Shown here: positions 26,801 to 38,292 of the stretch, piece by piece
Layout: the number at the start of each line of letters is the position of its first letter
How positions within the stretch are numbered: position 1 is the first letter of the stretch
DNA from: Microbotryum violaceum
Lineage: Eukaryota
Length of the DNA: 64,000 nt
Direction: 5' to 3'
Assembly (NCBI GenBank): GCA_001244265.2
Contig: CDLV01000006.1
Location: forward strand, 1,488,001 to 1,552,000
Program-made: the position numbers and the translations under genes
The notes under the pieces: generated by a model
Database searches by the model: none
The model's input: only the letters and a program-made list of their open reading frames with translations
Told to the model about the DNA's origin: nothing

Positions 26801-28060
26801 TCCGACATAGAGACCTTGTGGTCTTGTAGTAAGTTGCCATGACACTTAGTAATAGAGCTTGCGAATATCGCGCGTTTTCCATCCAAAAGTGACTGCTTAC
26901 CACGTAAGATAATGCGAATAAGCCACTTGAACTCGATTGGGCTAAGCCGTTCGTACGCCATCGTGAGAACACCCGCGACCTGGTCAAGTGAGGAAGTGTT
27001 GGTTCTCGCTTTCGTCGAACCACTCGCTTGAGTTGAGGTATTCGCCGCTCGATTGACGATTCCTCGTTGGGCTGCACCCGCAACACTGAGTCGATCGAGG
27101 AGGGCGTTAATTTCGTCGATCGTCATCTTGGGTTCACCGTTCTCCTTGGCTGTTGATCGTGCGTCGATGACTGCGAAAGCGACGCTTGCAAAATCCCCAG
27201 CTCCTTTCTGGGGTCGTGACGACTGTGTAGCACAAGCATGCACGTTCATGATCAGTCTCGGGCAATCGGCGCAGTACTGGGATATCCTGACGCTGGCAGC
27301 AGTCCAACGCAGGGGACTGACGTGATGATCGCTCGTGTCCGGTACTTTCCAGTTGATCAGAGCTCGCGCATCCTTTATCTCTGTTGACATCCCCATCGTT
27401 TTGAGCAGTGCTTTGGCCAGTTTCTGCTCCTTCAGATTGTAGTTGCCCCGGCGAGTGTCGCGCTGTCCAATCACGGAATGTGGGGGACCACGAGGCCTCA
27501 GCTCGCACCGACCGGCAGCTAGTAACGTCTCCACAGGGCGACAAAGTTTGACCTACGTCCGGGAGCAAGAGTCGTACAACAGGATAGGTGTCGGGGCCGA
27601 CGTGCTTTCTCCAGCCCTACTCGCTCGGAAAGGGTTCCGAATTGGTCGTGGAAGTTCCGAAGGTGGGTCCGGTCAGCGGGCTGAGCCAGCCGGCCACCCC
27701 CGGTGAGAGTGCCGTTTAGACTGACAGAGAAGTACTCCCACAACACATCGCGTTTTGTCCTGTAGGGCTTGCCCGGTTTCTTCTTCTCGCCGATCATCCC
27801 CTCAATCCTGACAAAGACCATCTGCACGAGGTCAAGAAAGAGTGGGGACGTGCGGTTCTCGATACCCAGAGGGCGAGGGAAGTCGTCTACAGGGCATGAA
27901 CAGACGACGATTGGGCCAGCGTGTTAGCTGATGCCTAGTCCCACTCTTGGGGCGTCCACGAGTACTGACCCAGCTCGACCGTGGGCAAGTCGTCCTCATC
28001 GCCTTGCGTCGGCTGAGGTCCATTCGCCTGAGACGAGCCGACCCCATTCGGAGGACCCAT
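23887..28060 (-). CDS. LIG4: DNA ligase IV (NHEJ), multi-exon
   Basis: YNLKEQKLAK, EFKWLIRIIL, adenylation motif EEKFDGERIQVHK, EGMVVK, WLKIKPDYMD, GAYWGQGRRGG, KVGTG and LRFPR, plus C-terminal BRCT-like segments (LFKGMVFYV...ISPQWILDSI). Confidence 0.95.
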
Positions 28061-28390
28061 GGTTGTAGCGACCTGATAGCCTAGATCGGCAACGCCTTCC
28101 GAGCGTTGGGAGACTGCGCGATACGAGTGATTGGCTTCAAGCAACGAAAGGCCAGCGGAAGAAAGCTGCGACCAGAGCGTGACGGAGTGATCTGGAGTGA
28201 TGTTCCAGGCGTCGAGGGTTGCTAGCGTAGGCTAGCGCGATGTCAAACTCGACGAGCGGCCTTCCCCCTCCTTTAGCTCCTTTGCCTACGGTTCGCGTTT
28301 GGAACGGTGGATCAACAATCGCGTCGCGAGGTTCATGACATCAACAGTCGACGTAATTCAAACTATTGCGATCAACTGTCGAGTCGGACA

Positions 28391-31300
28391 TCTATCTATC
28401 TACAATCTATCTTCTACAAATCTTCTACAAACTACTAAAATCAACTACTGTCGAGTCAGACAAAGAACGTCAAAGAACGGGACTGGGAGGCAAACCAACA
28501 GACAAACCATATGGCGTGACGTCATAACAGTTTCGGTACTGCCAACGGCTCTCGGTCCAGCGCGTTCCCAGATATGTAGCTGGCGCTGTTTCAGAGTGGG
28601 TCCGCCAGTCACAGGCGGGTTCGCCTACGTTTGCCGAGGTTCCATCTTCAATCAAGCAGCCTGGCACATGAATCCAGTTCCTGCCACTGCCGAAATGTGT
28701 CATCTGCAAACATTCACGTACAGGAGACTCTCCAGTACGATAATCTTCACGGAGAGCACTGCAGGCCCCAGGGGCAGCAAAGCTAGACGTCGGCAACGTG
28801 CGTGAGCTCGCTGAGCTCGCTGAGCTAGCTGAGCCCGCCGCCAGCGAGGCTGCTTCGCGCTGCGCGCAAAGGCGGAGGAAATCAGTCCAATACTCGCGCG
28901 CGAGGACAATAATAAAAAGCTTGAATGTGTGGATGCCCGCCGCCTTCGCACTCCTCCGCACAACCCGACCTCCGCTCTAATAATCGCACAGACGCCGCCG
29001 CCAACAACCTCGAACAATCGCAGATCCGAAGCTCAGCGGCAACGACGTCGCGCAAAATGGATCGTCAAGTTGCTCTGCACCGGCAGCAGGCAGTCTCAAT
29101 GCCACGCGGCAAGTGCGACGGGCCCGCAGTCCTTCACCTCCGGGCTTGAAATTCGTTCGTCCACGCTTTGAGGCAGTTCCAGACCTCTCTCGCGACGCGG
29201 GTTCAAGTACAGACGCAACTGCGACTTCAGCCACTACTGTCGTCGATCGACGACCCGCGGAGTAGCGTCAACGACATCAACGCACAAGAGAGCGATCGAG
29301 CCAGACCGTCCCAACTGCGCTGCTACCGTTGCCAGAAGGGCCTTTTTCCCGGCACCATCTTGAATCAATGACGTTGCAATGTCCGATCTGTTCGGCTCTA
29401 CACTGGGAGTTCGAAAAGTCACCGACCCCAGGCAGCGCCACACTGTTCAAAATCTGTTGCGCGGACGGCAAAGTTCGATTGCCCGCTCAGATCCGCAAAC
29501 GATGTCGGAGAAGGCACCTCGAGAAGAAGTAGTCGCAAGTAGTATCGCTCTCCGCCTTCAGGACCACAAAAGTAGATTCTTCCGATTGTCCGGTTGTCAA
29601 CTTTTCGTGGAACCCAAGCTCGATTTTCGTTGTTCCATGTGAATCGGGTTGGCACGTCGACGTAAAGCAAATTTCGTGCGTTGTAATCGGGCGGCGTCTT
29701 GGCGCACAATTTGATGAAGGCGGTTAACGTCGTTTCCGGTGGTGCTGATAAATCTGGTGCTCCCTGATCTGGGTCGAACCGAACTTGTTGCTCATTCGGG
29801 AGGTGCAGCGCAAGTCTGGTCACTGCGGGATCCCGATCGTGCATCTCGAATCGAAATATCCGATAAATGGCTTCGGGGGCGCAAACATATCGAGCGTCAA
29901 GGAAGTTGTTGATTTCGTCTTGAGCTCCGGGTTCGCCGATCGTGAAGAAGTACGGTCGTGGCCCTTGTACAGGTACTTGTACAGGTACTTGATCGCAGCA
30001 ACGCCGCTTGCGATTTCCACGTTGACATGACAGTTGTACTTGGACGCAAGGAACGGATTTGTTGGAACAACTTTTGCATCCGTATAAACTTCTTCTTGCG
30101 CTGTTCCCGGGAATTTGACGTATGGTGTATGCCGCGACGCCGGTAGTGTGGATAGCCACTGTCTTCGCTGGTCGTGCGCGGTTGGAGTCGTTTGGGAAAC
30201 CGTTTGGTACATTTTCCATGGTCGTCGTGGCAGGTATGCTTGCCGGGACGATCACATCGCCGGTGTAGCATGCAGTTTGTGATGGTCTCAAACAATGCGG
30301 GAAATTTGTCGGGGTCCGGTATTCCTGCGGTGACAATCTTGTCGTAGTCGTCGTTTGTTTTTGGTTTGTCTTCTGGATCCATGATCAAAAGGATGTGGGC
30401 GTGAGGCAGCCCGCGCTTTTGAAATTCGACAACATAGACATATGCGATGACCTGTGCAAAGAATTGAGACTCGTGAGCATTCCATCCATTTTATATTGAC
30501 CGCGCCACGCCGATTGACATACCTTTCCAAAGACTCCCGGTGCACGACGAACGCCTAATACATCCGCAAGAAGAGCTTCCAATTTACCGTGAAAGACCCA
30601 TGTTACTATGTCGGGACGGTCGGATGCGGTTTGGCCAGGAAGCAACGCGTTGACGATTTCCGACCAGGCAGGGTTGCATGTCATCGTGATGAATATGTCC
30701 AGAGCACCAAAAACACGAATGATGGCCATAGCATCTTGCTAAAGTTGGACCATCTGCCGTGGCGATCCAGTTTATGACGACGGTAGAATGACTCTTCTGC
30801 GAGGGATCGAGTCCTTCAGCCAGACTTGCTTGAAGGGACGAATTCTCTTCGGCTCCGAGCTTTTGCTGATTCGTTCTCATCCAATATAGCCGTTCTTGTT
30901 CAGTTAATGCCCAGGCGTCCGCAACAAATTTCAGGAACAACCGGCCCCCAAGGAACAACGTCGGGTAACTGATATTGTGAGGACGAATATGGAAGTAATA
31001 CGCGTTGATATGAATTGGCTCTGCGTCACACGTTTGGATCCGGCCCTTCCGGTTTGTGGGTTGGCGTTGGTGTTATCCGTTGTGCGTTGCAAGACGCCGT
31101 TTTCATCCCGCACGCGACGAGCTGCCTCCGTTGCGATCGGTGTTTTGGCTGAGGGGAATTCTGTCGCGGTACTAGTCTTCGCCATACGGTAACAATAGCG
31201 GGTGCGTGAGTGCCATGAGTGCAGGGTGGCCATCGTGAATGAGCTGAATAACCCATGCTGAGCTGTACGCACACACCATCCTAAGGGTGGGGGACGCATG

Positions 31301-31807
31301 TGCAGTCATGTGCTCAATACAAGGCAGAGCGTGGAAGTCAAAGGCCACGGGAAAATACAGCGGAAGGATTGACTTCGTACCGCTGAGAATCCGGGACAAT
31401 GGGACACTAAATGTGAGTATCCACTGCCATCGCTACACATGGACAACAGCAAGAATACTGATAGTTGTAATAAACGAACCACGCAGCCTCTGGTTCCGTG
31501 AATTGCAGCTCACCATCCGGTGGCAGCTCGCAAGTCAAGCTTGCGACACCCGTGAAAAGGTCCACACTCGACGCGTGTCTCGACGACGGTCTGAACCCAT
31601 CATCGGGCTCCCACAGAACAAAAAAGTAGTTCAGCATGAAATGAAGGCTGTGTACATTTGATCTTCGTCGCGCGGTCCTCTCCCGACTTGAACAACTACG
31701 TTTCCGTTGTTGAACAGTACCGCAGCTGTTGCAGCAAAGTACATCACATTGCAGCGGGTCAACGGTTACGGTGGGAGGTGGCGCGCGGAGCGCCCGGCCC
31801 AACCTAG
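28391..31807 (+). mobile_element. Non-autonomous Helitron with both termini, an internally inverted Rep segment and no helicase
   Basis: 5' end A^TCTATCTATC... at 28390/28391. + strand RepHel N-terminal Zn motif CPICSALHWEFEK...FKICCADGKVRLP (~29330-29487). Minus-strand frameshifted Rep (~29487-31275): HPALMALTHPLLLPYGED, DAMAIIRVFG..FITMTCNP, VVEFQKRGLPHAH (HUH), DEINNFLDARYVCAPEA, GERYYLRLLL. 3' GGCGC-GCGGA-GCGCC hairpin (31780-31794), then CTAG^T (31804-31808). Confidence 0.88.
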
Positions 31808-31854
31808 TGCATATTATTATCGGCTACAAGCTTAAAGATCGTGATAGAGGGATG

Positions 31855-33262
31855 CTACAGCTTCAGCGCAGATTTGAAAACGTGTTCCAGGCCAGCTTGC
31901 TTCATTCTGAAGAGTCACGTGACTCGATGTGACGTCAGGACAGACAACTTCTGGGCTCACGCCAGTCATCGGGTGAGCACTTACAGCTCGGCGACTTCAT
32001 TCATCCCAGCCACTTCCTTGACCCGTATTTCGTCCGTCAGGACTGGCGCCAAGCTCGCGTGATGCCGCAAGAGCCATTCGTGTCTTCCCGGTGCAGAAAC
32101 TTCAGGAGGTGGGGTGGGCAGGATGTCGGAAATGTGTTCGCAGCGTACTTGCAAAGCTTTCCAGTTGAGTTGCTATGTAGGTGGGTGCGCCCACTACATG
32201 GTCATTTTATGGCTCGGAATCGTTAAGGGATTAGAAATACCTTACCTTGATGCGATGGACAAACTCGTCCGCGTCGGCTTCGAGTCCTTCTACGATGATC
32301 ACGCCGGGATAGCTAGCGAGCAGCAGGAATGGGCGCGGTCAGTATCAGCTCACCCATGTTCTATCGCAATCCAGCTACCCACCCTGGCTTGCTTATACCC
32401 CATAGGCCGAGCTCGGTTGACCATTGCACGATCTTTTTCCGTTTCCCCTGATCGAGGCGCGTGGTCGGTCGACTCGATCAGCTGTGCACTTCGCAAGCCG
32501 CTGGCGAACCTGGACGAACCGTTGCCAAGAGATGATGACTCCACAGCAGCGTGCACTTGATGCGAAGCTCCCTCATAGCTACGAACTTGTCGTCGTGGTG
32601 GCCATCGACGCCTTGGCCCGGTCTGGACGGCCGAGTGGGTTCGGTCAGGGGATTTAACGCGAGATACTCCCGTAGTGAGGTAAATAAATTGAAGACGGGG
32701 TATTCTTCGCCTATATGTATGCATTGGGTATGTTGCGTGCGATGTCAGGCACTGTTTTGCCCCGAAAGGCTAACACGGCATGAAAAGCACCGACCTTGGC
32801 GATTCAGCTCGTCCAGCCGGGACGTCAGCTCGTGACTGAGGCGGTCATGATCGGTCCGAGATACCGATGGCGCATAAAGGATGGGTTTGAAGTTTGAGGA
32901 TAAAGAAGAAGCGTGCTGAATTCTCAGGTGGGCTTCGGGGGCGAGGCAGAGCGAGTACTCGGGGAGCACCAGGACGACGTCATCGTAAGGGGGTCCATCG
33001 CTGACCCCATCCCTCGCAGCTGAGACGTTCATGCTGCTACCATACGCATCTTCACCCCCCAGGGCATTCTGCACAAACACTCGGAAACTTATTTAGCCGA
33101 TGCGACCTGAATTAAGGGGCTTGCGAATTGTCTCACCTCCCAGTCGCGCTCATCTTGCTCGTCGAGCAAGTCCCACTCGAACTCTTCGTTCTTGATAACT
33201 GACGCGATTACTAGTCGCAACTCGTCTATGATGGGCTCTAGCTCAGAGCGCGAGTACCGCAT
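31855..33262 (-). CDS. RWD domain + DUF1115 protein (RWDD2-like), multi-exon
   Basis: Manual splicing gives MRYSRSELEPIIDELRLVIASVIKNEEFEW... LLWSHHLLATG|KRKKIVQWSTELGLWGISKPG|YPGVIIVEGLEADADEFVHRIK|QLNWKALQVRCE... MKQAGLEHVFKSALKL*. The start codon could lie further upstream. Confidence 0.82.
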
Positions 33263-33934
33263 CCTTCTCCCAAGTCGGTCACTCGTGGAACGGTGGAAGG
33301 GGCTGGACGCAGGTGGAGCAGTCGACGTTCATTGACTGTGCGTGCACCGAGGCCACCAGACCGACACTCTCAATAGCTCTCAACTTGGCGCTGAGCGAGT
33401 TCGAGCTACGGTTACTAGTCGGTAACCTTGTAGATCTGCTGGTCGAAGATGATTTCAGCTCGATCTTTTTAGGTGCCTGTGGTACCGTCAAGGAAGAGAG
33501 ATCAAAATCATGCATTCGCATTACAAGTAGTGAGTCACAGTAACCACTGCATTGAACAGCCAGGCTGAGGCAACACCTTCACCAGTGGGTCCTCGACTGT
33601 TTCGCGGGGCACGGTGGCCGGAGCAAGTGGGCGCAGGTGGGCGCTGCACGTGACAAGCACGGCCATGCACCTGACCTGAGCTCACTCTCTTTCGGAGAAT
33701 TTGAGAATTTGAATTCCAGCTTGTCAAGAACTGATTACAGGGACAGCGAGGATATTGGGTGATCGCCAAAAAGCGTGGGCGGCAACCCGTAGGAGAAGAG
33801 AGTGAGAGTCAACGGAGAAGGGATGGATAAAGTGCATCTCAAAGGAGCAGTGTAGGTTGCAATATTGAACAAGGTAAGGGGAGCGGTTGGAAGTCGTAGG
33901 TTAGGTCAAAGGCGATAGCCCAGTTAATGTGGTC

Positions 33935-34024
33935 CAGCGCCCGATAAGGGTCGTCTCTTTGTAGACTAGCTGGAATTCAAATTCGCATTCTCATATAGAA
34001 AGAGACGACCCTTATCGGGCGCTG
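33935..34024. repeat. 90-bp foldback: perfect 26-bp inverted repeat with a 38-nt spacer (MITE/TIR-like)
   Basis: cagcgcccgataagggtcgtctcttt (33935-33960) is the exact reverse complement of aaagagacgacccttatcgggcgctg (33999-34024). Confidence 0.9.
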
Positions 34025-35052
34025 ATATATGACAGTCGCTTGGGACATACTAGAGGTAGGTGGTAGGACATGATGGGAGGGGCGTCAAACCACTAGCAGC
34101 TCGTAAACTCGAGCCATAAGCTCGCACTAGTACCTAAGTGACTCTCCAAAAATTCTTAAAAACTGCCCAAGTTGCGGAGTTCTATGTCTACATCTACCGC
34201 ACAGCTCGGATTCAACGGACCCAGACTTTCAGAGGCATAGCCTTCGAATCGAATCGGAAGATCGCCGTGGTGAACGGAATCCGAACACGTGACATGGGAT
34301 TCCTGTCCCATTCGAGCTGTGGTAGCGCCATTTCTTGATCTGAATCTTTCTTCAGGTGCTACGTGTGAACACTCTCTTACCTAGCCAAGGTACAGGCAAG
34401 CACATTTTACTTAGTAGTAACTAAAGTAACTTAGCTTGGAATTCTTGGCCATCTAAGATCCACGAAATCGCCGAGTTTGCGGGACATCGAAAATACAATT
34501 GATCCTTTTGTAGCCGAAAATGGTCAAAATCCCAGAAGTGCCGAGTTGGAGAGTCGTCCGTCGAGTAGCGAAAATCTTAAGATTGATGGCTTTGTAGCCG
34601 AAGATAAACAGGGATGTGTCCGTGTGCATCCCACTCGGGTCCTTCGGAGTCCGAGAGGGAGGACCCAATTGGGCTGACAGCTTGAGTTGCTGAGCTACGG
34701 TGAAACTGGTGTCGCCCGGCGACGGCCCTGACGGCGGCTGTGTCTCGGATGCCGCCGCCCGCAGTCGATGGGCAAGCACGAGTAGACATGCAGCTCGCCG
34801 CCCACTTCGGACCGAGTCGGGCGCGCGCGTTGCGCGTTGTGTTGTGTTGAATACGTTGAATCTCGGCGAACGCTCGCTGCCAGGTCGGCGCCTGTGCCTG
34901 ACCCAGCCGGCCCCCGGCATCTTGGCATACGGTCGGCCTACCCGAGTGCGCGGAGCCCCAGAACAAAGAGTGAACCACCTCCACTTTCCTCCAACTTTCT
35001 TCCTTCTCCACCTCTGCTATTCCCCCACCTAACTCTGAAGCCATCCGCCATT

Positions 35053-37358
35053 ATGTCCAGCAAGCCTACTGAGACGCACGAACACATCGAGGCGGCTGCC
35101 ACACCCGCGCAAATCGCCGCCCTTCAATCTTACGCCGTCGACGATCACAATGAACAGATCACGGTGTTGGGTACCATGGGTCAAGACCCGGAGCACAAGT
35201 CCAAGATTCATTGGCAGTCATGGGCCATCCTGGCGCTGTGCGCCCTCGCGCAGATGCAGAATACCTACGTCGCGTGAGTTGCTCGGACCCGACTTTTCCT
35301 CCTCGCGAATTTTCTCCACTTCGGCGCCGGCATGCTAATGTACGCCACATCCTTCTCGTATCCCGTCAGTATCGCGCCTGCAGCGAACGCTTACTCAATT
35401 GCAGGGCCGCTCAATGGCATGAGCAAACGGATCTGGATCGTCCAGGCAGTGAGTCCGCCCGGATCGACACCAATTATGGCCTGGGTCTTGACTTTTCTCC
35501 CACTTCTGACACGCGCTTGCAGCAATCGGTTCCTTCGATTGCGACTGGACCCATCATGGCCATCATCTCCGACACCTATGGGCGTCGATGGGTCATCATC
35601 TTCGCATGGGTGATTTTCTGCATCTCCGCCATCCTCGGCATGGTCGCCAAGAATATCAACCAGGTCATCGTCGCCCAGACTTTTGCCGGTGTTGCCGCCG
35701 GTGTTTCGGGTATCATGTATGCGGTCGCCAGTGAGGTCCTGCCCAGCAACTACCGCGCCTACGCACAAACAGTCGTCAATGGTGTCTCGAGTATAGCTTC
35801 GGTCATTGCCTTGATCGCCATGAGCCAGGCGGTATCTGCGGATCCCCTCAACGGCTGGCGATGGATTTTCCGCACGTCTCTCATCTTCGATGGGCTCCTC
35901 CTCCTCGGCTTCGGTTTCTTGTATTTCCCTCCCCCTCGCACAGCCGACAGTTCCACATTCATGGAGAAGGTGAAGAAGATGGATTGGATTGGATATGGTC
36001 TTCTCCTTGGTGGTCTGGTGCCCTTGCTCATGGGCTTCGCATGGGCCGGCTCGGGCAGTTACGGCGTGAGTTGCCTCCAGCGCGCTTGCCACACACCATG
36101 AAACTGACTCAACACTTGTGATTGCGTCTCAGTGGCACGATCCGCACGCCTACGCCTGCGTCGCAGTGGGATTTGCTGGCTTGATCGCCTGCATACTCTA
36201 CGAATGGCTCGGAACCTCGCGCGGTTTCCTGGACCACCGTCTCTTTCAAAACGGTTACAATTTCCCTCTTGGACTCTTCTTAATCGCCGTCGAGGGATCG
36301 CTCTTCTACCTCGTCAACAACATCTATGTACGTAGAGCGCGCACGGCTCGACTGAAACATTCCAGATACCTTTTCTGACGGCATTCACGGACTCCTTGGG
36401 TATTGCATAGGCTCAGCAAGTGTTCTCGCTCTGGGTCCCCACCGGTGGAGTTGATGCCGGTGCGCGTTTGCTCCCCTTCTTCCTCGTCATCTTCTTCGTC
36501 GCGCCCGGCATGTCCTACTACGTGACCAAGCGCAAGGATCTCAAGTGGCCCCTTTGCATCGGCTTCGTCTTTTTCGGCGTTTGCATCATCGGTTTGGCCG
36601 AGTCGGGTCTCAACGTCAATATGGGCACCGCTTTTAACGCCATCGGTGGGGTCGGTTTCACCGCGCCGTTGATCCTGCTCTTGACGATGGTGCAATACTC
36701 GACTCCGCCTCTCTTCATCGGTGTTGCTTCTGCGCTCACCATCAGTGTCCGAACGCTCGGTGGCACGGTCGGATACGCCATCGCCGACGCCATCTACGGG
36801 TCTTTGACCAGCGAGCAAGTGCCTGCGGCTATTGGTAAGCCCTCTCTTTTTACCGATCTCTTGAGCGACGTGGATCGACAGAGCTGACCCTGTTACACCA
36901 TCTCTTCTATCAGCTGGTGCCGCCATCCCTCTTGGCTTCAGTCCCGCCAACTTAACTCCCCTCATCATTGCCGTCCTCTCCGGTCGGGGCATCGCCGGCG
37001 TTCCAGGGATTACTCCCACCATCGCCAGTGCCGCGTCGCTCGCTGCCAAGCAAGTCGAAGCGCACGCTTACAAGATCGTCTGGTATGCCTTCTTGCCCGG
37101 AGGTGAGCCCCATTTTCTCTTACGCGTGAACACGACAGCCTTGGTGGTCGTGCTGACTCGCATTACTCGCCTTGCCGTTGTAACCGTGCAGCCATTCTTG
37201 CGGCAGTCGGATGCGCCTTGTTCCGCAACCCTACCGAAAGGATGAACTGGGTCGTCGATGCTCCCCTCAAGAACATGAATGTTCTGGACGACGAGAAGTC
37301 TGCAAACAATCACCCCCGCGACCCTACTTCGTCGTACGTTAGCGGCTCTAAGGAGTAA
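35053..37358 (+). CDS. MFS transporter, fungal trichothecene efflux pump (TRI12)/siderophore-transporter-like family, multi-exon
   Basis: Multiple hydrophobic helices, MFS motif ISDTYGRRW, AVASEVLPSNYR, GWRWIF, FLYFPPPR, KKMDWIGY, VRTLGGTVG and AHAYKIVW. Stop TAA at 37356-37358. Confidence 0.85.
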
Positions 37359-38292
37359 AAACCCGCAAGGCCAAGGTCACATCTACGTGCGGCAGGGCTG
37401 GAGTTGATCATCAGCCTAGTATTCCCCGTGCATTTCTTTTTGTATACTGTAGGTTGCAGTGAGTTGTTCTGGGGCCATATGATATTGATGTAGCGTACGC
37501 GAAGATGTATTTGGATGTAAGGCATATCATTCGTCCTGATCCGTCGACGGGATCATCCCACGAGAGCTCCGAAGCTTCCGAGTCGACCCGTTCCTTCCAA
37601 CCCGACTGTTGGAAGATCCTGCAGTGCCGGCTTTTCCTGGGCGTGACCACCGTGTACCGAGCGGAAGAGACGACGATGGCCTCGAATTAGCGAGACCCGC
37701 GTACGCGCTGCTGGTCGCTGTTTTAAAAAGAGCTTCCAGACGGGCTCAATCACCCCTGACCGGATGGCGAATCCTCATGATCAGAAGCGAGCGAACGAGG
37801 TGAGGCCGCTCGGGCCCCTTGGGACGAGCGCGTTCCCCTTTGAGGAGGTTTTGGGGTTTGGAGCGAAGGCCGGGGCCGCTGGCATAGTGTGTGCTGTCGC
37901 CTGCTTCCCATTCGGACACCCATTCAGCCCCTGAGTGGACGCCAACGCGCACCCCTCCTTGCAGTCCGATTGCTTTCATCGGCGTCAATAGTCGTATACT
38001 TTCCGCCAAGACTCGACTTGCCCTTCGCGACTGACCGGTTCCCAAGAGTCGCGAGTCGCACGACCTACCCCACTGGGCCACTGGGGGCATCACCCGACGT
38101 AAGCTCGAGCGGTGACACGACTTCACCCCTCTGTCGAATACCGAGACTACCGACAGCAGGACGAAGACTCGACAGCTGCAGCCCGTCGCATCACCTCCGA
38201 TTGAACGCCCCAGGTGCTGCTTGATACTGTCTGATCGTGGGCGATCACCTGTGGTTGACGCGCAGTGTTCACGACTGCCGCGTGTCGTCGCG

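Noticed and set aside
29965-29991. 12-nt tandem repeat ttgtacaggtac
   Set aside because: It encodes KYLYKYLYKG, the normal repeated Tyr motif of Helitron Rep.
29485-31263. GCTCAG/CTGAGC inverted microhomology as the cause of the Helitron inversion
   Set aside because: Rep-like sequence seems to extend past the second copy to ~31275, and the flanking deletions are not explained by a simple inversion.
34490-34602. Two copies of ttgat...tttgtagccgaa
   Set aside because: Only two degenerate copies; not an array or CRISPR, and no function can be assigned.
21135-37358. Secondary-metabolite cluster (enoyl reductase, MFS pump, nearby thioesterase and ABC transporter)
   Set aside because: No PKS, NRPS or terpene synthase core gene, and the genes are interspersed with housekeeping loci.
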